Shown here in pieces: positions 50,888 to 61,135 of a DNA stretch of 64,000 bases. Source of the DNA: a virus (taxonomy: Duplodnaviria; Caudoviricetes); the IMG/VR virus record IMGVR_UViG_3300037400_004297, positions 1 to 64,000 of that record; one strand, 5' to 3'. Position 1 is the stretch's first letter. The number at the start of each line of letters is the position of its first letter. The translations under genes and the position numbers were made by a program. The notes under the pieces are model-generated. The model saw only the letters and a list, made by a program, of their open reading frames with translations, was not told the DNA's origin and made no database searches.

Positions 50888-51922
50888 CTATTGCAAATAG
50901 ACTTCATCGATTTGTCGGGCATTTCTAAGATGCTCGACAATTGCTTTATATCCACCTTTCTGAAATAGTGAGGATGGGTCTTCATCACCACCTACAGGTA
51001 TATATCTTACCTTACCATATAGTCTTCCATGATTAAGAAGCTTATATGTCTCCTTAACCGTCTGGAATGCGTCACTATCAAGGAATATGTTGATATGGGC
51101 ATTAGCCTTCGTTACAAGCTCCCAGTAAAGCTTGTAATCGGTGTCTAGTGCCTTTCCTAGCAATGGTATAGAGTTTGGAACTACGATGTGGTCAAATGCA
51201 CCCTCTACCAGTGTTATGTCTGCATCCCACTGTACTCTTTCCTCGTTGAATATAATATTTTTCTTCTCAGCCCTTGGGTTTGCATATTTACTTCTCTCAA
51301 AGTTAGGGTTCTTTGGTAGATAGTCTCTTCCTACCCAGTAGTTGAGTTCACCCAATGCGTCATACGAAGGTATGATTATTCTGAATGAATATTTTTTCTT
51401 ATCAGGCTCTTCTTCCTTCTGTGTATACCCAATTTTATACTTATCTATGATATCCCATCCGACACCTCTTTCGTGGAGATATTTTGCAGCATAATATCCT
51501 TTACGGTCATCTTTCTTTAGTAATTTGAATGTATCAGGGAACTTCAGTTCTTCCTTGCTAATGATTGAGGTGTCAATATTAAAGTCACCATTGTTAAAGT
51601 GAATCTTGTAAAGGTCACTTTCATGTATGGAACGTATTGCCTCCTTGTATTCTGCAAGAAGGGTGTCATTACCGTACATTTTTATAAGCTTGATAATTGA
51701 ACCTCTCATAGGCTCACCCATTGAGGAGCATTTCCAGCACTGGAAAACCTGTTTCTGAAGGTTTACAGCAAGGTTGTGTTTCCTTGCTTCCATGCTGCCA
51801 TCTCTGTCTATACAACAAGGACATGGGAACTCCAACTCCAGGTTGTGTTCACTGAATCCATTCTTTGCTTCACCTAAGAATGAAGCCAGTATATTGTATA
51901 ATTTTTCAAGCTCATGTATCAT
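50888..51922 (-). CDS. DNA primase (Zn finger + TOPRIM)
   Basis: CPCC...QCWKC; YLHERG; RIIIP; GRD; KYAN; LVEGAFD; LGK; FLDSDA. Confidence 0.9.
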   Translation of the reverse strand: MIHELEKLYNILASFLGEAKNGFSEHNLELEFPCPCCIDRDGSMEARKHNLAVNLQKQVFQCWKCSSMGEPMRGSIIKLIKMYGNDTLLAEYKEAIRSIHESDLYKIHFNNGDFNIDTSIISKEELKFPDTFKLLKKDDRKGYYAAKYLHERGVGWDIIDKYKIGYTQKEEEPDKKKYSFRIIIPSYDALGELNYWVGRDYLPKNPNFERSKYANPRAEKKNIIFNEERVQWDADITLVEGAFDHIVVPNSIPLLGKALDTDYKLYWELVTKANAHINIFLDSDAFQTVKETYKLLNHGRLYGKVRYIPVGGDEDPSSLFQKGGYKAIVEHLRNARQIDEVYLQ

Positions 51923-52000
51923 ATCTGCAAATATATGGTAATTTTATGAGAAAAACAAATTTTTAAAGATATTTATTTGTAATAAAAGCGTTTTTTAATT

Positions 52001-52339
52001 ATGGCAAAGAAACTAATTAGACTTACAGAATCAGACCTTCACAGAATTGTTAAAGAATCTGTACAGCATATACTAAAGGAAATGATTGGTGGTACATCAG
52101 ATGATGAATGGTTAAGCGGTGCTGATGATGAAGATGACTATAACAATAGGGAGTCATCGCTGTTAGATAAGCAATTCTATAAAGGGGAAGGTGCTATGGA
52201 TTATCATCCACAGCGCAACAGAAGTACACTAATGGGTGATGATTTTGCGTCTTCGTATGCAAAATACCCAATGTTTAATGATAAAGATAAAATAGACAGT
52301 GTTACAAAATATCCAAGAAAAAGATTTGGGTTTAACTAA
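52001..52339 (+). CDS. Hypothetical protein with IRLTESDLHRIVKESV N-terminal motif
   Basis: Motif shared with other ORFs in this window. Confidence 0.65.
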   Translation: MAKKLIRLTESDLHRIVKESVQHILKEMIGGTSDDEWLSGADDEDDYNNRESSLLDKQFYKGEGAMDYHPQRNRSTLMGDDFASSYAKYPMFNDKDKIDSVTKYPRKRFGFN

Positions 52340-52362
52340 GGATTAAATGACAGATATTAACT

Positions 52363-52635
52363 ATGGCAACTAAGAAATTTAAGGACAGTGATATACTGAA
52401 GGCTATGGCTATGCACCTTGACGAGGATTCTGTTGTGTTTGGTGCTAATGGTCACTATGCCGTTGGTGGTTATTATGACATCACCAAGGTAAGTAGTGTG
52501 TTCGGTGATAAGGATTACAATTCACAGGATGCAATAGACGCTGCTGATTCAACTGACGCAGCAGAAAAATATAGAACAAATAACGATGAGCTTGATGAGG
52601 GACTTCAAAAGGCTATTTGGATGAAAAATTTATAA
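52363..52635 (+). CDS. Hypothetical acidic protein
   Basis: 90-aa ORF. Confidence 0.55.
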   Translation: MATKKFKDSDILKAMAMHLDEDSVVFGANGHYAVGGYYDITKVSSVFGDKDYNSQDAIDAADSTDAAEKYRTNNDELDEGLQKAIWMKNL

Positions 52636-52642
52636 TTGAGGT

Positions 52643-53827
52643 ATGGAATTAGAAGCAAAAAAGAAAACCCCAAGAGCAAGAGAAGGCTTTAATAAGATAA
52701 TAGATATTTTTTCCAATTCTAAGCCTGGTACTTTTATTACACTTTGTTATCTTAGTTCTGCTAACATACCAAAGACCCTTACAGGAAAAAACATTGATGT
52801 AGATAAATTTGGCACAGATATTGATAACAACTTATCTCCTGGAACTGAAGCATATAAAACGTTGAAGGCATACCAGCAGGGTGGTGCAAGTAATAAAAAC
52901 AAAATACCAGTTGGCGTTATAAAGAGTTCAATAATACAGTTTCACTTCCAGAACGAGGAAGGTTATGGGAAAAAATATGGGGAATTTAAAGATAAAGTTA
53001 ATGGCATATTAAGTGATTATGGTGCTGAACCAATAGTAGACCGTGATGTAAAGCACGACGAGACACAAACCTTTGGAAAGGGTGGTGTTTCAGTCGGCTC
53101 TACTGATAATACACAGGGAAAAATGTATACCCACCAGAATGGTGCTACTGCTAATTATTTGAGCACATATTACTATTTGCTGAATAGTGATGGTAATATA
53201 TTCTCAAGAATTGGAAAAGAAGCAATCAATCAGATATTACCAAAAAAATCTGGACCTATGGGGGTTAGTGCTTTAAAGAAAATAAATGCAACTGATGAAC
53301 AAATAGCCAGATACATTGAAGAAATAAAACAATGCAATTTCAGCGTATTGAAATTAATGTACGATTCAATACTTTGGGTTTCTGCAACATCTCCAGAAGG
53401 CTATAAGACATTTGCTATCAATGACAGTCTTGCAGATAAAATTGGAAGTGGCAGCTATGTTGTTAACATAAATCCGTCACAATTTGTAAAACTTGCAAAT
53501 AGTAGATATGAAAATTCGTATAAACCATTAAGACCAGGTGATGAAAACAGAATAAAACACGATTTGGATTACTTTAAGGGTGTTTCTATGTCTAATGAGT
53601 CTAAATTATTCAATTCTTTTGGTAAGTTAGTTATGGAGTCAAAAAACAAAAAGCAAAGGATGAGGCTTACTGAGTCAGAACTGAAGCAGGTTATTAAAGA
53701 GGCATCATTGAATATTCTAAAGAATATGTTGTCAGAAGGGAGACCATTTAAAAACAATCAACACTACACACATTTTGCTGTAAGCAAGAAAAATGGTAAA
53801 ATACTCAATGGTTGGGATTATAAGTGA
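52643..53827 (+). CDS. Hypothetical protein; frame continues 61 codons past its TGA
   Basis: Internal MRLTESELKQVIKE motif; same-frame open extension 53828-54013. Confidence 0.6.
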   Translation: MELEAKKKTPRAREGFNKIIDIFSNSKPGTFITLCYLSSANIPKTLTGKNIDVDKFGTDIDNNLSPGTEAYKTLKAYQQGGASNKNKIPVGVIKSSIIQFHFQNEEGYGKKYGEFKDKVNGILSDYGAEPIVDRDVKHDETQTFGKGGVSVGSTDNTQGKMYTHQNGATANYLSTYYYLLNSDGNIFSRIGKEAINQILPKKSGPMGVSALKKINATDEQIARYIEEIKQCNFSVLKLMYDSILWVSATSPEGYKTFAINDSLADKIGSGSYVVNINPSQFVKLANSRYENSYKPLRPGDENRIKHDLDYFKGVSMSNESKLFNSFGKLVMESKNKKQRMRLTESELKQVIKEASLNILKNMLSEGRPFKNNQHYTHFAVSKKNGKILNGWDYK

Positions 53828-54024
53828 TATGACCCTGAAGAACTCAGGCATTTTAAAGAAGATTATTTCAATGTTGATTTAAGGGATTATGGTTTCGACC
53901 CTAAAAATTGTAGAATACTTACCTATAAGTATTTAGTAAGAAACGGTTTAAACCCAGATGACAATTCAAACTGGGCTAATAACGATGAAGCAAATGCCGA
54001 TTTTGTTGGATAAGTTAATTTAAT

Positions 54025-55563
54025 ATGAAAAAAAATATTGTTATCGTACACTATAATACTCCTTACCTTACTGGGTGTTTGGTAAGGAGTATTAATTTAT
54101 TCGTAAAGGACGCTGTTATCTACATTTTTGATAATAGTGATAAATGCCCGTTTACTGCTGAATTTGACAATGTGACTATATTTGACAATACTAAAGGGAA
54201 GATAATAGATTTTGATAGATGGCTAGAAAATTACCCTAGAAAAAAATTATCAAATGGTAAAGTTAATGGATGGGGTAGTGCTAAGCATTGCTATAGTGTT
54301 GAGAAATGCATGGAACTTATTGGTGACAACTTTTTTTTATTGGATTCTGACATACTTCTGAAATGTGATATCTCAGAATTGGCTGATGATAAATATATAT
54401 ACGTTGGAACAGTTGAGGTTCAGCCAAAATCAACAATTAACAGGGTGATTCCATATCTATGTTATATAAATGTCAAAATGTGTATGGAAAATGATATTCA
54501 TTATTTTGATGATAATTACATGCACGGTCTTGCTAATAATGTAAAGAACCCATATTCTGACAGATACGATACTGGTTCTGGGTTTTATATCAACGCATCA
54601 AAATTACCACATAATGAAGTAGATATCAACAAATATATGATACACTATGGTCATGGTTCTTGGAATAAGAAAGGATATCATTATTATTGTACACCAGAAG
54701 AATGGACCGCACTAAATAAAAGATACTGGACTAATGAAATGAATAAAAATGTTGTATACACCTGTATAATTGGAGAATATGATGACATAATAGAGCCATC
54801 ATTTATTACACCTGGTTTCGATTACATATGTTTTACTGATAATCCAAAATTGGAGAGTAGTATATGGGATATAAAACCAATTCCAGAAAATGAGACACTT
54901 TCTACTTTACCTGGAGTTAAACGCCAAAGGTTTATAAAGATTAGACCAGATATATTTTTGAAGGAGTACGAGCTTTCAATATGGGTCGATGGTAATGTCA
55001 TAATACAAGGTAACTTAAATGAATTTCTATCACCTGTGATTGAGGAAGATTGTTCAGTGTATGTACCAAAGCACCCATCAAGAAATTGTATTTATGCGGA
55101 ATCAAAGGTAGTATTAGCAATGAAGAAAGATGTGGGTAATAACGTAAACCCTCAAATGGATAGGTATAAAATAGAGAAGTTTCCAGAAGGTTATGGTTTA
55201 TTACAGAGTAACATCCTAGTAAGAAAGCACAATAATGAAGATTGTATAAAATTAATGAAGGAATGGTCTAATGAGGTAATTAACTGTTCTCATAGAGACC
55301 AATTATCATTTAATTATTGCTCTTGGAAACATCAGGATGTTAAGGTAAAATACCTTGACGAAAAAATATATTCATCAAAATGGTTTCACTGGATGGGAAT
55401 TCACACTAGTAAACGTAAAGTAGTTAATACAGATAAAGTATACCATAAGGAAAGATTTAATGCTGTAATGTCAGAACAAAAATCAAATGATAAGAGGGAA
55501 AAACTAAGGAAACTTTTGAATGATAGTAAAAAAATTAATACGTTCAATGTGATGATATATTAA
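54025..55563 (+). CDS. Two-domain glycosyltransferase (GT-A/GT2-like + DUF616-like)
   Basis: VIVHYN..IFDNS..LLDSD (DxD); second domain VYTCIIGEYD, ICFTDN, SIWVDGN, HPSRNCIY, RDQLSFNY. Confidence 0.78.
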   Translation: MKKNIVIVHYNTPYLTGCLVRSINLFVKDAVIYIFDNSDKCPFTAEFDNVTIFDNTKGKIIDFDRWLENYPRKKLSNGKVNGWGSAKHCYSVEKCMELIGDNFFLLDSDILLKCDISELADDKYIYVGTVEVQPKSTINRVIPYLCYINVKMCMENDIHYFDDNYMHGLANNVKNPYSDRYDTGSGFYINASKLPHNEVDINKYMIHYGHGSWNKKGYHYYCTPEEWTALNKRYWTNEMNKNVVYTCIIGEYDDIIEPSFITPGFDYICFTDNPKLESSIWDIKPIPENETLSTLPGVKRQRFIKIRPDIFLKEYELSIWVDGNVIIQGNLNEFLSPVIEEDCSVYVPKHPSRNCIYAESKVVLAMKKDVGNNVNPQMDRYKIEKFPEGYGLLQSNILVRKHNNEDCIKLMKEWSNEVINCSHRDQLSFNYCSWKHQDVKVKYLDEKIYSSKWFHWMGIHTSKRKVVNTDKVYHKERFNAVMSEQKSNDKREKLRKLLNDSKKINTFNVMIY

Positions 55564-55583
55564 AAATGGTTAATATATTGAAG

Positions 55584-55633
55584 AAAATCGGGACAATGCT
55601 TGTATGTTCCGATTTTTTTATGTAAATTTGCAG
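55584..55633 (+). promoter_or_regulatory. Terminator-promoter cassette
   Basis: aaaatcgggaca-atgcttgta-tgttccgatttt hairpin, T-run, TAAATTTG. Confidence 0.72.
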
Positions 55634-55661
55634 CAGATTTCAAATAAATGTAATAAAGACT

Positions 55662-56063
55662 ATGTACACAGGTATTTTTTTACTCATCGTTGGTTTGGTC
55701 ATCTTTGCCATTTTTGTGCCGATGCACAATGAAGAAAAGATTGTCGAGAAAGCTGAAAGTAAGTCTCATATGGCTGCATTCTATCACGTTCTTGCTAAAC
55801 TATGTTCTGGCAACTACAAGGGTTATAACAGCACCGATAGTGAGAATGACGCAATGAAAGAGTTCCTTACACGAAAGACGGTGTATGATACTCATCCTAT
55901 TGGCTCGTATTTTAAGATGCGAAAAGAACTTGGTGAAATTCTCAAGATTGGTGGTAATTTCCACAATTACAGTATGAGCTTCAATTTTGGTGAAGTTGGA
56001 ACTGGTATTGCTGTGATGGTAGTGTTTGCAATTGTAGTAACATTAGGAGTAATGTACTGTTAA
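55662..56063 (+). CDS. Hypothetical membrane protein
   Basis: N- and C-terminal hydrophobic helices. Confidence 0.6.
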   Translation: MYTGIFLLIVGLVIFAIFVPMHNEEKIVEKAESKSHMAAFYHVLAKLCSGNYKGYNSTDSENDAMKEFLTRKTVYDTHPIGSYFKMRKELGEILKIGGNFHNYSMSFNFGEVGTGIAVMVVFAIVVTLGVMYC

Positions 56064-56110
56064 TAATGAACTGGCTAATTGTATTGTATACCGTTGGCTC
56101 TATACTTATA

Positions 56111-56144
56111 AAAAAAGCGAGGCTCTTTTCAGGGTCTCGCTTAT
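56111..56144. terminator. Bidirectional intrinsic terminator
   Basis: aagcgaggctct-tttc-agggtctcgctt between convergent genes. Confidence 0.75.
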
Positions 56145-56917
56145 TCATGATTTATGTATGTGGTTCTATGTTCCACTCTATCCCAATATAAAACATTGTA
56201 GTCCACCACAATGGCATTTCCAGGTTCATTCTTAGCACTTAGTTCTTCTACCTTGAATGACAACTCTCCATGCTTCTGCATATTTAAATGACCTAGTACT
56301 GCCACGTAAGCATCACAAGCATCAAAGTTCTCTTTCTTAAGTTCGCCTTTCTTGTCATATAGCCATTCTATGTCAGGAAATAATTCTGACACTTTGCCCT
56401 GGATAACCGTTTTCTTATCTATTGTCCAAGGATAGCCTCCGAAAAGAACGAGTTTACACTCTTTTATTTCCTTCATTATCTTATTGTAAGGATATTGTTT
56501 CTCATCTTTACCGTACTTTCTGATAGACATAAGTTCTGGGAAAGAATACTCCCTGGCATTGTACGATGATATGTACTCTGGAACAATTCCTAGAATGTTA
56601 TAAACACAATCGGATACCATTCCATTAAATCTAAGGAGTGTAGATACAGTATTCACATTATTAGACCTCAATAGAGGCTCTTCTATTATAACTTCATCAA
56701 TTCCAAAATCCTTATATTTTAACAAGAATTCCTCAAATATCTTTTTCTTGAGGAACAATTGTTCAATTCCCTTAATTTTACCAGGGACTTTTGGGTTTAT
56801 GTGAGTTAGCTCTGCTATTTTACCATAATCAGAGCCATCATCTATCAAAATACAAACACCAATAGTTTGAGTTGAGACATCTAAACCCATTGCTATCTTA
56901 TTTCCATTACTATCCAT
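56141..56917 (-). CDS. RuvC-like Holliday junction resolvase
   Basis: MGLDVST..IG; VIIEEP; ENFDACDA acidic triad. Confidence 0.8.
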   Translation of the reverse strand: MDSNGNKIAMGLDVSTQTIGVCILIDDGSDYGKIAELTHINPKVPGKIKGIEQLFLKKKIFEEFLLKYKDFGIDEVIIEEPLLRSNNVNTVSTLLRFNGMVSDCVYNILGIVPEYISSYNAREYSFPELMSIRKYGKDEKQYPYNKIMKEIKECKLVLFGGYPWTIDKKTVIQGKVSELFPDIEWLYDKKGELKKENFDACDAYVAVLGHLNMQKHGELSFKVEELSAKNEPGNAIVVDYNVLYWDRVEHRTTYINHE

Positions 56918-57022
56918 AGTATATTAATATTATATAACAAAATATAATATTTGGCCAATAATATTTAAATATTTTTTAGTAAATTATTTTGTTTTTTAAT
57001 ATTTTTTATATATCTTTGCAAT

Positions 57023-57328
57023 ATGGAAGAAGAAAAGAAAGAATTAACTATTGAAGAAAGAGTTAAAAAACTCGAAGATAACGAAATAATTAATTATACT
57101 CCTTATCTTAGAATGATGGTTTTTGATTTGCAAAATGAGAATCGAAAGCTTACTGAAAGATTAAACAAGTACGAATACCTTTTCAACAACCTTGAGAGTA
57201 GACTTAATGATTTGGAAATATATAAGGTTGACAGGATAAGAGAGGATTGCATGTGTTCGGTTAGTACATTAATACAAAACATTTCGTCAGACTATATTAA
57301 TAACTATACAATAGCAGGAACTTCATAA
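57023..57328 (+). CDS. Hypothetical coiled-coil protein
   Basis: Follows a TATCTTTG promoter just upstream of the start. Confidence 0.55.
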   Translation: MEEEKKELTIEERVKKLEDNEIINYTPYLRMMVFDLQNENRKLTERLNKYEYLFNNLESRLNDLEIYKVDRIREDCMCSVSTLIQNISSDYINNYTIAGTS

Positions 57329-57329
57329 T

Positions 57330-57698
57330 ATGGAGAGATTGTATTTAAAGCCCTCGTTGTGTAAGGCAATTGCCGAGTACTGCGAGGTTAATGGGATTGA
57401 AGACATCAATGCTTTTGCTAATAGGTGCGCAACGCAAGGGTTAAGTATAATCAAATATGGTGTATCACCAGGTGATAACATTGATAGAGAAAATAAAGGT
57501 ATTAAAGATTTTAAAAATGAGAGACAAACCAGAAAAAAGAAAGAACCTGGCTCAGAAAATAAAAGAGAACAGAAGAGCCAAGAAGCTCCAGTTGAACGAC
57601 CTGGTAGCAGAGAAGAAGACAGTAACAAAAAAGAAGAAAAAAAGAGCAATATAACTGTCAGAAAAATTCGTATAATTAAAAAGGATAAGAATGATTAA
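57330..57698 (+). CDS. Hypothetical protein, charged C-terminus
   Basis: 122-aa ORF. Confidence 0.55.
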   Translation: MERLYLKPSLCKAIAEYCEVNGIEDINAFANRCATQGLSIIKYGVSPGDNIDRENKGIKDFKNERQTRKKKEPGSENKREQKSQEAPVERPGSREEDSNKKEEKKSNITVRKIRIIKKDKND

Positions 57699-60063
57699 CG
57701 TAGGTAAAAAGTCAAAGATACATCTTCATTGGAAGGTTTCACCATATGACTACAGTAAGGACAAACTTAATTCTATAGAGGTAGCTGCTAGTAAGAAATA
57801 TGGTCTCCCAAGGGACAAAGTGAAGGTTATACCAGAGTTCATGGTTATTGATAGTGATGGTAAAGAGATTTCAATGAATGAAGAAATCATTCAGAACATT
57901 CAAGACCCAGTGTTTCAAGTCCAACTTTTTAAGGAATGGCTTGAATTGAACAAGGTAACTGACTGTGACTTTGATTTAATAAAAAAAATAGACTCAGAGA
58001 TAAATGCGAAAATTGATTACCAGATTTACGACAAGTATAAGAGGTATAGTATTAAATGGATACGCTGGGATAATTTCCTTAGCTATGGAGGAGGCAATGT
58101 TTTTGATTTTACCAATATTGGAAAACTAGTACTCCTAAGCAGTGAACCAGCTAATCAGGGAGGTAAGACTACATTTTGTATAGACCTCATCAGATTCTTA
58201 CTATTTGGTACTAATGCACGTTATAAAACACAGGCAGAACTATTTAATTCATACATTCCAGAAGCCACGTCTATGTCGGCAGAAGGGTGTATTACAATTG
58301 ATGGGATTGACTATATCATAAAGAGAACTATTTCACGTCCAGCACTTGAAAGAAGAAGTGATAAAAGTAAAACAACTCAAAAGGTTGAATATTATAAGAT
58401 TGTTGGCGAGAATAAGGAGACTCTTGAAGAATATGTTGATGACCAGCAGGAAGAGAATAGTGTTCAGACAAATAAAGTAATTAAGGAGGCTATAGGTCGT
58501 GAGAGTGATTTTGACTTGATAATGTCAATAACGGACAAAACTCTTGATGACTTAATTGAGAAGAAAGAAACTGAGAGGGGGAGACTTCTTGCAAGATGGA
58601 TTGGTTTGTTACCAATAGAAGAAAAAGATAAGATTGCAAGGGAGAAGTTTAATCAGGAAGTTAAACCTTTCCTATTGTCTAACAGATATAATACTGAAAC
58701 TCTTTCACAGGAGATAGAAGCATATGACATCACAATCAAAACGCTTAAGAATAATATCAAGAAATATAAGGCTGAAAATAAATCGCTTGATAAGGAAATC
58801 GAGACTCTTGAGAGGAATAAATCAGCTTTGTTATCTTCTAAAAAAACTATTGACGGAGACATATTAAAGATAGATATAACCACACTCACAAAAAAGTATA
58901 ACGATTGCGTAGAGGATGGTAAAAAAAAGAAAAAAAACTTAGAAGATATTGATATCGAACTGAAAAAAATTGGTGATGTCAGTTTCTCTGTTGAAGAATA
59001 CGATAAGCTCCAGGAAAGATTTACAAAGTTGTCTGTTGATTATACATCTTCCATTGAAAAGTATAAAACCGTTGACCATAATATTAAACATCTTAAATCA
59101 AGTGAAATTTGCCCTACTTGCGGTAGGAAACTTGATAATGTTGATAATACAGCAAAGATAGCTGAACTTGAAAAAGAACTTGCTAGAATAAAAGAAGATG
59201 GTGCTAAGATACATAAAGAGCGTGATGAGGTGTCAGTACAACTCGAAAAAATGAAAGAAAGTAGAGAGTTGTATACTAAGAAAACCTCTATGATGATGCA
59301 GAAATCTGCTCTTGAAGTTAATATAGAACGTCTTAGAAGTGAGTGCCTTGGTCATAAACAACTGATGAAAGAGTATAACGATAATAAAGAGGCCATCAAT
59401 AAAAACAACAGTATAGACCTTGAAATACGTAATACAGAGGTAATCATCAACGGTAAAAGGAATGCCAGGGATACAAACGTTTCCCACATTTCAAGTGGAG
59501 AGAGTGATATAAAGACTTGTGAAAAGGAAATTGCAGACAGGAAAGACGTTATAAAAAAGATAAAGGAAGAAGAAATATTAATCAAAAACTGGAAGATATA
59601 TATTGAACTTGTTGGAAAGAACGGTATATCAAAAATGGTATTAAGAAGGACACTTCCAATTATTAATGCAAAACTTTCTAGACTTCTTAACGATGTGTGC
59701 GATTTTGATGTAGAAGTTGGTATTGACGCAAAAAACGATGTTACATTCTATTTAATAAAGGACGGAGTGTATAAGAACCTTCACGGTGGAAGTGGGTTTG
59801 AACTTACAGCATCAGCATTGGCATTAAGAGCTGTGCTTGCTGATATGTCAACCATTCCTAAGTGTAATATGGTTGTTTGGGATGAGGTTTTTGGTAGGAT
59901 AGCAAAAGATAATTATGATAGTTTAAAGAATTTAGTTGTTAAAATATCAGAAAGTTATGATTCCATAATTTTAATTTCACATCTTGATGAAATAAGAGAC
60001 TGGTGTCAAAACCATATAGTAGTAGAAAAAAATAATAATGTCAGTAAAATTTTATTAAAATAG
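57691..60063 (+). CDS. SbcC/Rad50/gp46-like ATPase
   Basis: Walker A NQGGKTT; coiled coil with Zn hook CPTCG; signature-like LHGGSG; Walker B VWDE; H-loop LISH. Confidence 0.9.
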   Translation: MINVGKKSKIHLHWKVSPYDYSKDKLNSIEVAASKKYGLPRDKVKVIPEFMVIDSDGKEISMNEEIIQNIQDPVFQVQLFKEWLELNKVTDCDFDLIKKIDSEINAKIDYQIYDKYKRYSIKWIRWDNFLSYGGGNVFDFTNIGKLVLLSSEPANQGGKTTFCIDLIRFLLFGTNARYKTQAELFNSYIPEATSMSAEGCITIDGIDYIIKRTISRPALERRSDKSKTTQKVEYYKIVGENKETLEEYVDDQQEENSVQTNKVIKEAIGRESDFDLIMSITDKTLDDLIEKKETERGRLLARWIGLLPIEEKDKIAREKFNQEVKPFLLSNRYNTETLSQEIEAYDITIKTLKNNIKKYKAENKSLDKEIETLERNKSALLSSKKTIDGDILKIDITTLTKKYNDCVEDGKKKKKNLEDIDIELKKIGDVSFSVEEYDKLQERFTKLSVDYTSSIEKYKTVDHNIKHLKSSEICPTCGRKLDNVDNTAKIAELEKELARIKEDGAKIHKERDEVSVQLEKMKESRELYTKKTSMMMQKSALEVNIERLRSECLGHKQLMKEYNDNKEAINKNNSIDLEIRNTEVIINGKRNARDTNVSHISSGESDIKTCEKEIADRKDVIKKIKEEEILIKNWKIYIELVGKNGISKMVLRRTLPIINAKLSRLLNDVCDFDVEVGIDAKNDVTFYLIKDGVYKNLHGGSGFELTASALALRAVLADMSTIPKCNMVVWDEVFGRIAKDNYDSLKNLVVKISESYDSIILISHLDEIRDWCQNHIVVEKNNNVSKILLK

Positions 60064-60112
60064 CCACAAACTTCATGTTATCTGTATTTATATTAAAATA
60101 TTTGATATAGGT

Positions 60113-61126
60113 ATGAGTAAAAAAAGAGTTTTTACGTTTGAAGAGTGCTTAGAAATAGCAAAAAAATATAATAGAAAAGTAGATTTTAAAAATGGCGATA
60201 GGTCGTGTTTTAATTATTCTAGAAATATGGGGTGGTATGATGAAATAACTTCACACATAAAAACAGCACCACATAAAACTAGAACTTATGAAGAAGTATG
60301 TGATTCGGCTAAAAAATACAATTCTAGAATGGAATTTAAAAATAATGATGTAGCAAACTATTGTTATGCAGTAACGCATGGGTGGTTAGACAATGTATGT
60401 GCTCATATGAAGCCAAAAGGTGATATGTTTAAAAGGTGTATATACGTTTATGAATTACCAAATAAAACGTGCTATATTGGACTTACATATGATATTGATA
60501 AACGTGATAAACAACATAGAGACCCAACAACATTATCTTCTGTTAGGAAATACTGTGAAGATGCTGGTATAACAATCCCTAAACCAATTGTATTGACAGA
60601 ATTTTTATCTTCTTGTGAAGCGTCTAAAAAAGAAGGAGAAATATTATGTGAATATAAAAAAAATGGATGGAAATGTTTAAATAAAGCTAAAACTGGTAGT
60701 CTTGGGGGTAGAAAACACAATTTTTCTAAGGGAGAAATCACTAAAGAGTTTTGTATTGAAATAGCTAAAAAATATAGAAACATATCGTCATTTCATAGTA
60801 AACACCAAAATTTATATCGTATTATCAAGGATAATGGGTGGCTTGAAGAAATAAAAAACTCAGCATTTGACCTTGAAGAGTTAAAAAGAATAAAGAGCGA
60901 ACAAATATCCAAAAGAATGAAAGGTAAAAGACCAGCAATCATCCATGATAATAGTAAACCAGTTTTTCAATATACGTTAGATGGTAAATTTATAAAACGT
61001 TTTAATTCGCAAAAACAAGCTGCTATGGCTCTTGGTCATCCTAAATCTATTAGTGATATAGGTAGGTGTTGCTCTGGTAAACTTAAGACTTGTCTTGGGT
61101 TTATGTGGAAATATAATAGTGTTTAA
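60113..61126 (+). CDS. GIY-YIG homing endonuclease with NUMOD/IENR-like C-terminus
   Basis: CIYVYE...CYIGLT..R..QH..E..LN; C-terminal KPVFQYTLDGKFIKRFNS..AA. Confidence 0.82.
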   Translation: MSKKRVFTFEECLEIAKKYNRKVDFKNGDRSCFNYSRNMGWYDEITSHIKTAPHKTRTYEEVCDSAKKYNSRMEFKNNDVANYCYAVTHGWLDNVCAHMKPKGDMFKRCIYVYELPNKTCYIGLTYDIDKRDKQHRDPTTLSSVRKYCEDAGITIPKPIVLTEFLSSCEASKKEGEILCEYKKNGWKCLNKAKTGSLGGRKHNFSKGEITKEFCIEIAKKYRNISSFHSKHQNLYRIIKDNGWLEEIKNSAFDLEELKRIKSEQISKRMKGKRPAIIHDNSKPVFQYTLDGKFIKRFNSQKQAAMALGHPKSISDIGRCCSGKLKTCLGFMWKYNSV

Positions 61127-61135
61127 CTTAAAACT

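Noticed and set aside
60064-61135. Group I intron hosting the GIY-YIG endonuclease
   Set aside because: Flanking genes (SbcC, sigma) look complete and the intergenic gaps are too short for intron core structure.
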